DNA of 32,000 bases, taken from contig NZ_LN831024.1 in assembly GCF_001457615.1 (NCBI RefSeq), positions 6,180,001 to 6,212,000 of the forward strand. Reading direction: 5' to 3'. Position 1 is the first letter of the stretch; every line of letters begins with the position of its first letter. Positions 27,477-32,000 of this stretch are shown here, piece by piece. Under the pieces are notes generated by a model. The model was given only the letters and a program-made list of their open reading frames with translations, searched no databases and was not told the origin of the DNA. Both the position numbers and the translations under genes were made by a program. This DNA comes from Pseudomonas aeruginosa (GTDB lineage Bacteria > Pseudomonadota > Gammaproteobacteria > Pseudomonadales > Pseudomonadaceae).

Positions 27477-27569
27477 ACAAAAACAACAATGGTGATTGCC
27501 ATGCCCCGTTCCGCACACGCCTACAGCCGCACTCCGTCCGCGCGACGCCACCCGCCCGCCGCCTGCTGA
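27477..27569 (+). promoter_or_regulatory. A-rich Hfq/Crc-like (CA) motif over the start of a 26-codon mini-ORF upstream of the CitMHS transporter
   Basis: ACAAAAACAACAATGG at 27477-27492 fits AAnAAnAA. ATG 27489 opens MVIAMPRSAHAYSRTPSARRHPPAAC, stop 27567-27569, 44 bp before the transporter ATG. Confidence 0.4.
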
Positions 27570-27613
27570 CCGCACGCCGCACGCCCGTCCGCCGTCTTCC
27601 CCGGAGTGAACCC

Positions 27614-28918
27614 ATGCTGACCCTGCTCGCCTTCGCCATGGTGGCGACCTTCATGTTCCTGATCATGACCAAGCGCCTGTCCGCGCTGATCGCGCTGATC
27701 CTGGTCCCGATCGCCTTCGCCCTGATCGGCGGTTTCGCCGCCGGCCTCGGCCCGATGATGCTCGACGGCATCCGCACCCTGGCGCCGACCGGCGTGATGC
27801 TGATGTTCGCGATCCTCTACTTCGCCATCATGATCGACTCCGGGCTGTTCGACCCGGCGGTGCGCAAGATCCTCCGGCTGGTCAAGGGCGACCCGCTGAA
27901 GGTCTCGCTGGGCACCGCGGCGCTGGCGATGATCGTCTCCCTCGACGGCGACGGCTCGACCACCTACATGATCTGCGTGGCCGCCGTACTGCCGTTGTAC
28001 AGCCGCCTGGGCATGAGCCCGCTGGTGATGGCCTGCCTGATCATGCTCTCCAGCGGCGTGCTCAACATGACCCCCTGGGGTGGCCCCACCGCCCGCGCGG
28101 CGAGTGCCCTGCACGTCGACCCGGCGGATATCTTCGTGCCGATGATCCCGGCGATGATCGCCGGGCTGCTGGCGATCTTCGCCATCGCCTGGATCTACGG
28201 CAAGCGCGAGCGCGCCCGCCTCGGCGAGCTGCACCTGCCCACCGACCATGAGGACCTGGCGGAGATCAGCGTGTCGCAGTATCCGGAGGCGCGCCGGCCC
28301 AAGCTGCTGTGGTTCAACGCTATTCTCACCGTGGTCCTGATGGCGACCCTGATCGCCGGCCTGCTGCCGATGCCGGTGCTGTTCATGATCGCCTTCGGCA
28401 TCGCCATGATCGTCAACTACCCGTGCATCCAGGAGCAGAAGAAGCGCATCGGCGCACACGCCGAGAACATTCTCGCAGTGGTCTCGCTGATCTTCGCCGC
28501 CGGGGTGTTCACCGGCATCCTCTCCGGCACCGGGATGGTCGACGCCATGTCCAAGAGCCTGCTGGCGGTGATCCCGCCGGCGCTGGGCCCATACCTGGCG
28601 ACCATCACCGCGCTGGTGAGCATGCCGTTCACCTTCTTCATGTCCAACGACGCCTTCTACTACGGCGTCCTGCCGATCCTCACCCAGGCCGCCGCCGAAT
28701 ACGGCATCACCCCGGTGGAAATGGCCCGCGCCTCGATCGTCGGCCAGCCGGTGCACCTGCTCAGCCCGCTGGTGCCCTCCACCTACCTGCTGGTGGGGCT
28801 GGCCAAGATCGACTTCGGCGACCACCAGCGCTTCACCCTGAAATGGGCCGTGCTGGTGTGCCTGGCAATCCTCGCCATGGCCCTGCTGCTGGGCCTGTTC
28901 CCCCTGTTCAGTAACTGA
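27614..28918 (+). CDS. CitMHS-family citrate/divalent-metal (H+) symporter-like transporter
   Basis: 434 aa, ~12 TM; SLDGDGSTTYMICVAAVLPLYSRLGMSPLV, GVLNMTPWGGPTARAASAL; SD GGAG upstream. Confidence 0.92.
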   Translation: MLTLLAFAMVATFMFLIMTKRLSALIALILVPIAFALIGGFAAGLGPMMLDGIRTLAPTGVMLMFAILYFAIMIDSGLFDPAVRKILRLVKGDPLKVSLGTAALAMIVSLDGDGSTTYMICVAAVLPLYSRLGMSPLVMACLIMLSSGVLNMTPWGGPTARAASALHVDPADIFVPMIPAMIAGLLAIFAIAWIYGKRERARLGELHLPTDHEDLAEISVSQYPEARRPKLLWFNAILTVVLMATLIAGLLPMPVLFMIAFGIAMIVNYPCIQEQKKRIGAHAENILAVVSLIFAAGVFTGILSGTGMVDAMSKSLLAVIPPALGPYLATITALVSMPFTFFMSNDAFYYGVLPILTQAAAEYGITPVEMARASIVGQPVHLLSPLVPSTYLLVGLAKIDFGDHQRFTLKWAVLVCLAILAMALLLGLFPLFSN

Positions 28919-28938
28919 CCGAGACGAGTGACCGCTTC

Positions 28939-29703
28939 ATGGAATGGCTGACCAGCCCGGAAATCTGGATTGCGTTCTTCACCCTGACCGCCCTGGAGAT
29001 CGTCCTCGGCATCGACAACATCATCATGATCTCGATCCTGGTCGGGCGCATGCCGAAGCACCTGCAGCCACGCACCCGCTTCTTCGGCCTGGCCCTGGCG
29101 ATGGTGACGCGGATCCTGCTGTTGCTGTCGATCACCTGGGTCATGCGCCTGACCGCCGACCTCTTCCACCTGTTCGGCCAGGGCATCTCCGGACGCGACC
29201 TGATCCTGTTCTTCGGCGGCCTGTTCCTGCTCTGGAAAAGCAGCTCGGAGATCTACCAGGGCCTGGAAGGCGAGGAAGAAAGCGGCGATGAACCGAAGGG
29301 GTCGGCGGGCGGCTTCATCGGCACCATCATCCAGATCGCGATCATCGACATCGTCTTTTCCCTGGACTCGGTGATCACCGCCGTCGGCATGGTCTCCCAC
29401 GTGCCGGTGATGGTCGCGGCGATCATCGTCGCGGTACTGGTGATGATGCTCTGCGCCGGCGCCATCAGCGACTTCATCGACAAGCACCCGTCGCTGAAGA
29501 TGCTCGCCCTGTCGTTCCTCATCGTGGTCGGCACGGTGCTGATCGCCGAAGCCTTCGAAGTCCATGTGCCGAAGGGCTACGTCTACTTCGCCATGGCCTT
29601 CTCCCTGGCCGTGGAGGCGCTGAACATCCGCATGCGCGGCGCTGCCGCGCGCAAGCGGGGCGAAGAGCCAGTGAAGCTGCGCAAGGAAGTGCTCGGCGAC
29701 TGA
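28939..29703 (+). CDS. TerC-family integral membrane protein
   Basis: 254 aa; ALEIVLGIDNIIMISILVGRMP and IAIIDIVFSLDSVITAVGM are TerC signatures. Confidence 0.93.
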   Translation: MEWLTSPEIWIAFFTLTALEIVLGIDNIIMISILVGRMPKHLQPRTRFFGLALAMVTRILLLLSITWVMRLTADLFHLFGQGISGRDLILFFGGLFLLWKSSSEIYQGLEGEEESGDEPKGSAGGFIGTIIQIAIIDIVFSLDSVITAVGMVSHVPVMVAAIIVAVLVMMLCAGAISDFIDKHPSLKMLALSFLIVVGTVLIAEAFEVHVPKGYVYFAMAFSLAVEALNIRMRGAAARKRGEEPVKLRKEVLGD

Positions 29704-29720
29704 GCCGCTCAGGCCGGCTC
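29702..29720. terminator. Hairpin shared by convergent TerC-family gene and prfH stops
   Basis: GAGCCG (29702-29707), loop CTCAGGC, CGGCTC (29715-29720). The two stop codons are 5 bp apart and both lie within the structure. Confidence 0.45.
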
Positions 29721-30323
29721 GAAACGCTCGCCGCGGAATACCCGGCGAGCCGCGCCGCGACTGATCCGACCGTGGGCCCGGCGGCGCTCCGCGCGCAGCG
29801 CGTCGGCCGCGCTGCTCGCCTGGTCCGCGAGGCGCCGGGCGATCAGCAGGATCGCCAGGCGTTTGTTGGCGTGCTGGCTACGCTGGCTCTGCACCCTGAC
29901 GCTGATGCCGCTGGCCAGGTGGGTGGCGCGCACCGCCGAGTCGCTGGTGTTGACATGCTGGCCGCCGGGGCCGGAAGAGCGCAGGGTCTCGAAACGGATC
30001 TCGCCCTCCAGACTGGCCGGCGGCGCGGCGAAGCGCTCCGCGCCGATGAACCAGTTCTTGCGCGCATGCCTTGCCCGGTAGGGGCTGGGGCAGATCCACT
30101 GGATACCGCCGCACCAGCGCTCGGCGAGCGCTTCGGCGGCAGTGCCGCGCAGCCCCAGGAGCAGCGAACGCCAGGTGCGCGGACGCTCGCCGGCCACCTC
30201 CTCGATTACCTCGACCTCGACGCCGGCTTGCGCCGCCTCGAGGCACAGCCGCTCGAACGCCTTCGCCACCGCCAGGCAGCATTCCGCCGGCCCCTGGGCC
30301 GCGGAGAGTTGCAGCAGGATCAT
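29709..30323 (-). CDS. prfH: Peptide chain release factor homologue PrfH
   Basis: 204 aa from [26 protein letters not shown]; GGQ motif in [33 protein letters not shown]; overlaps the rtcB-like gene by ATGA. Confidence 0.9.
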   Translation of the reverse strand: MILLQLSAAQGPAECCLAVAKAFERLCLEAAQAGVEVEVIEEVAGERPRTWRSLLLGLRGTAAEALAERWCGGIQWICPSPYRARHARKNWFIGAERFAAPPASLEGEIRFETLRSSGPGGQHVNTSDSAVRATHLASGISVRVQSQRSQHANKRLAILLIARRLADQASSAADALRAERRRAHGRISRGAARRVFRGERFEPA

Positions 30324-31471
30324 CGGCAGCACTCCCCACGGGTCTTGTAGGTCAGCACCGGCTTCAGGCGGGCGACCAGGCGCAGCAGGCCGGCTTCGAG
30401 CAGCGCGCCGACCACCGAGTCGATACCCTTGTAGGCTTCCGGCGCTTCCTCGTAGATCAGTTGGCGGTCGCCACAGATCACCCTGCTGCCAAGGCGCGTA
30501 CGGCCCAACTGGTCGACGCTGAAGCGCGCCGCCAGACGCTCCCGACACTCGCCGCGCTGCCATTTGCGACCGGCGCCGTGGGCCAGGGAGAACAGGCTCT
30601 GCGCGCTCGGCACAGGCTCCACCAGGTAGCTGTAGTCGCCGCGCGAGCCGGGGATCACCAGCACGCCCTGGTCGGCCGGGGTGGCGCCCTTGCGGTGCAG
30701 CCAGCCGTCGACGCCATCGACCTGTGCCGGCGCCACCAGGTTGTGGTTGATGTCGAGCAGTTCCAGGCCGTCGCAGCGCAAGCGTTCGAGAATGCGCCGG
30801 GCGATGAGCTGGCGGTTACCCTCGGCGAAGCGCAGCGCATCGGCGTGGCGCGCCAGGTAGGCGGAAGCTTCCAGGCTGCCGTCGAGCAGGCCGGCGTGGC
30901 CATGCAGGCTGACCTGCTCTTGCAGGATCGCCTGGCCGAGACCGCGCGAGCCACTGTGCACCAGCAGTTGCAGGCGGCCGGCATCGAGGCCGAGGGCGTG
31001 CAGGGCGGCCTGGTCGAACACGGTCTCGACCTGCTGTAGCTCGGCGAAGTGGTTGCCGCCACCGATCGTGCCGAGCGCGCGCCAGTGCTCGCGGGCCGGT
31101 AGATCCAGGGCTTCGATGCAGTCGCTCCAGGTCTCGTCCAGCGGCAGGTCGAGATTGCCCAGGCGCTTTTCCAGTTTGTCCGCCGACAGCTTGCCGGGGG
31201 CCAGGCCGGTTTCCCACAGGGCCATGCCACAGCCGATGTCGTTGCCGACCAGCGCCGGATAGAAGCGACCGACGGAGAAGAACGCCGCGCCGACCGGATA
31301 GCCGCGGCCGGGATGCAGGTCCGGGAGACCGACGACGCGGCACATGCCGTCCAGTTCGGCGGTGGTTTGCAGTTGCTGGATCGCCTTGCCTTCGATCCAG
31401 GTGCTGTCCGAGGCGATCAGTGCGACGCCCGCGGACAAAGGCTTGATGTAGTTGCCCATAATCCAATCCAT
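30320..31471 (-). CDS. armZ: RtcB-family protein, ArmZ (anti-repressor of MexZ)
   Basis: [71 protein letters not shown]. Context prfH plus the 13-codon leader matches PA5471. Start could be 31471 ([12 protein letters not shown]), 31459 (MGNYIKPL) or the track's 31519. Confidence 0.9.
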   Translation of the reverse strand: MDWIMGNYIKPLSAGVALIASDSTWIEGKAIQQLQTTAELDGMCRVVGLPDLHPGRGYPVGAAFFSVGRFYPALVGNDIGCGMALWETGLAPGKLSADKLEKRLGNLDLPLDETWSDCIEALDLPAREHWRALGTIGGGNHFAELQQVETVFDQAALHALGLDAGRLQLLVHSGSRGLGQAILQEQVSLHGHAGLLDGSLEASAYLARHADALRFAEGNRQLIARRILERLRCDGLELLDINHNLVAPAQVDGVDGWLHRKGATPADQGVLVIPGSRGDYSYLVEPVPSAQSLFSLAHGAGRKWQRGECRERLAARFSVDQLGRTRLGSRVICGDRQLIYEEAPEAYKGIDSVVGALLEAGLLRLVARLKPVLTYKTRGECCR

Positions 31472-31603
31472 GTGATTGAAACGGTAGATCCGGGGGGCAG
31501 ACCGAAGCCGAGCGGGCACTCGCGGAAGGGCGAAGGGCGTCTAACGGAGAAGTGAAAACCTGGGGAGCGGTGACCGCGGCAGCCGATGACCTCTCGCCGG
31601 AAG

Positions 31604-31619
31604 CTTGCGCGGACGCAAG
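31604..31619 (-). promoter_or_regulatory. Hairpin within the armZ 5' leader
   Basis: Perfect 6-bp stem CTTGCG / CGCAAG with a 4-nt loop, 52 nt after the leader ORF stop. Confidence 0.45.
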
Positions 31620-31671
31620 GGCGGGAATCGTTCAGCGGTGCAGGGGGTCGAGCGGTAGGTTTCGGTGGCCG

Positions 31672-31713
31672 TTAGGCCAGGCGCAGCCTGCAAAGGGTAG
31701 AGAACTGAATCAT
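31672..31713 (-). CDS. 13-aa leader peptide of armZ (PA5471.1-like)
   Basis: Minus strand: AAAGGAGG-TTACATCG-ATG ATT CAG TTC TCT ACC CTT TGC AGG CTG CGC CTG GCC TAA gives MIQFSTLCRLRLA, with a near-perfect Shine-Dalgarno 8 nt upstream. Position and length match the published leader. Confidence 0.85.
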   Translation of the reverse strand: MIQFSTLCRLRLA

Positions 31714-31826
31714 CGATGTAACCTCCTTTGCGGTGCGTAAGTGGGGGAAATGAAGGGCGAATCCTAGGCGTTTCATTCCCACCGCGCAAGCCCCGGAAAG
31801 GCTTCGCGATGGAAATGAGCGGCGCA

Positions 31827-32000
31827 TCACTGCGCCGAAAGAGCCTGCACGGCGCCGGGCACCTCGCTGTTCCAGCGCTGGTAGAGCGCCCGCAGCTCGC
31901 CGGACGCCGCCATCTGCCGTACCCGCGCGTCGTAGACCTCGCGCAGGAGCCGGCCGCTGGCGCTGTCGGCGAAGGTCATGAAGGACTCCTTGCCGGGCGG
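31827..32000 (-). CDS. C-terminal fragment of a probable periplasmic solute-binding protein (SBP family 3-like)
   Basis: Minus reading: ...PPGKESFMTFADSASGRLLREVYDARVRQMAASGELRALYQRWNSEVPGAVQALSAQ*, with stop at 31827-31829; resembles the C-terminal helix pattern of family 3 SBPs. N-terminus is outside the window. Confidence 0.55.
   Translation of the reverse strand, partial: PPGKESFMTFADSASGRLLREVYDARVRQMAASGELRALYQRWNSEVPGAVQALSAQ

Noticed and set aside
27521-28825. 434-aa minus-strand ORF opposite the CitMHS transporter
   Set aside because: His/Asp/Gln-rich antisense translation of a membrane-protein gene, a well-known artefact.
31787-31810. CGCAAGCC...GGCTTCGCG imperfect hairpin
   Set aside because: Short interrupted stem without a U-tract on either strand; possibly the terminator of the partial gene at the window edge, but too weak to call.

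Overview
This window reads as high-GC Pseudomonas aeruginosa-type core chromosome. Identification rests on recalled protein families and gene order; no search was run. Left to right: the 5' part of a membrane/PAS/GGDEF protein (minus); uvrD; an EamA-type protein; an acetyl-CoA hydrolase/CoA transferase; a DUF1127 mini-protein; the A-band/common polysaccharide antigen (CPA, D-rhamnan) operon on the minus strand (rmd-gmd-wbpW-wzm-wzt-wbpX-wbpY-wbpZ); a divergent plus-strand five-gene cluster (two paralogous glycosyltransferases, two paralogous methyltransferases, one acyltransferase); a second DUF1127 gene; three tandem DUF2388 secreted mini-proteins followed by a large HExxH/DUF4105 protein; a GFA-family protein; an AEC-type permease with a fourth DUF2388 gene overlapping its stop codon; a CitMHS-like transporter; a TerC-family membrane protein; and, on the minus strand, prfH and rtcB/armZ with a 13-codon leader ORF. 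No tRNA, rRNA, CRISPR array or mobile element was recognised. The CPA locus and the armZ leader are described systems. The best candidate for an under-described system is the DUF2388/DUF4105 block (about 22.3-27.3 kb). Other leads are several intergenic or stop-codon-spanning hairpins, an A-rich Hfq/Crc-like motif over a mini-ORF upstream of the CitMHS transporter, and an intact RtcB-like active site in the rtcB-prfH pair.
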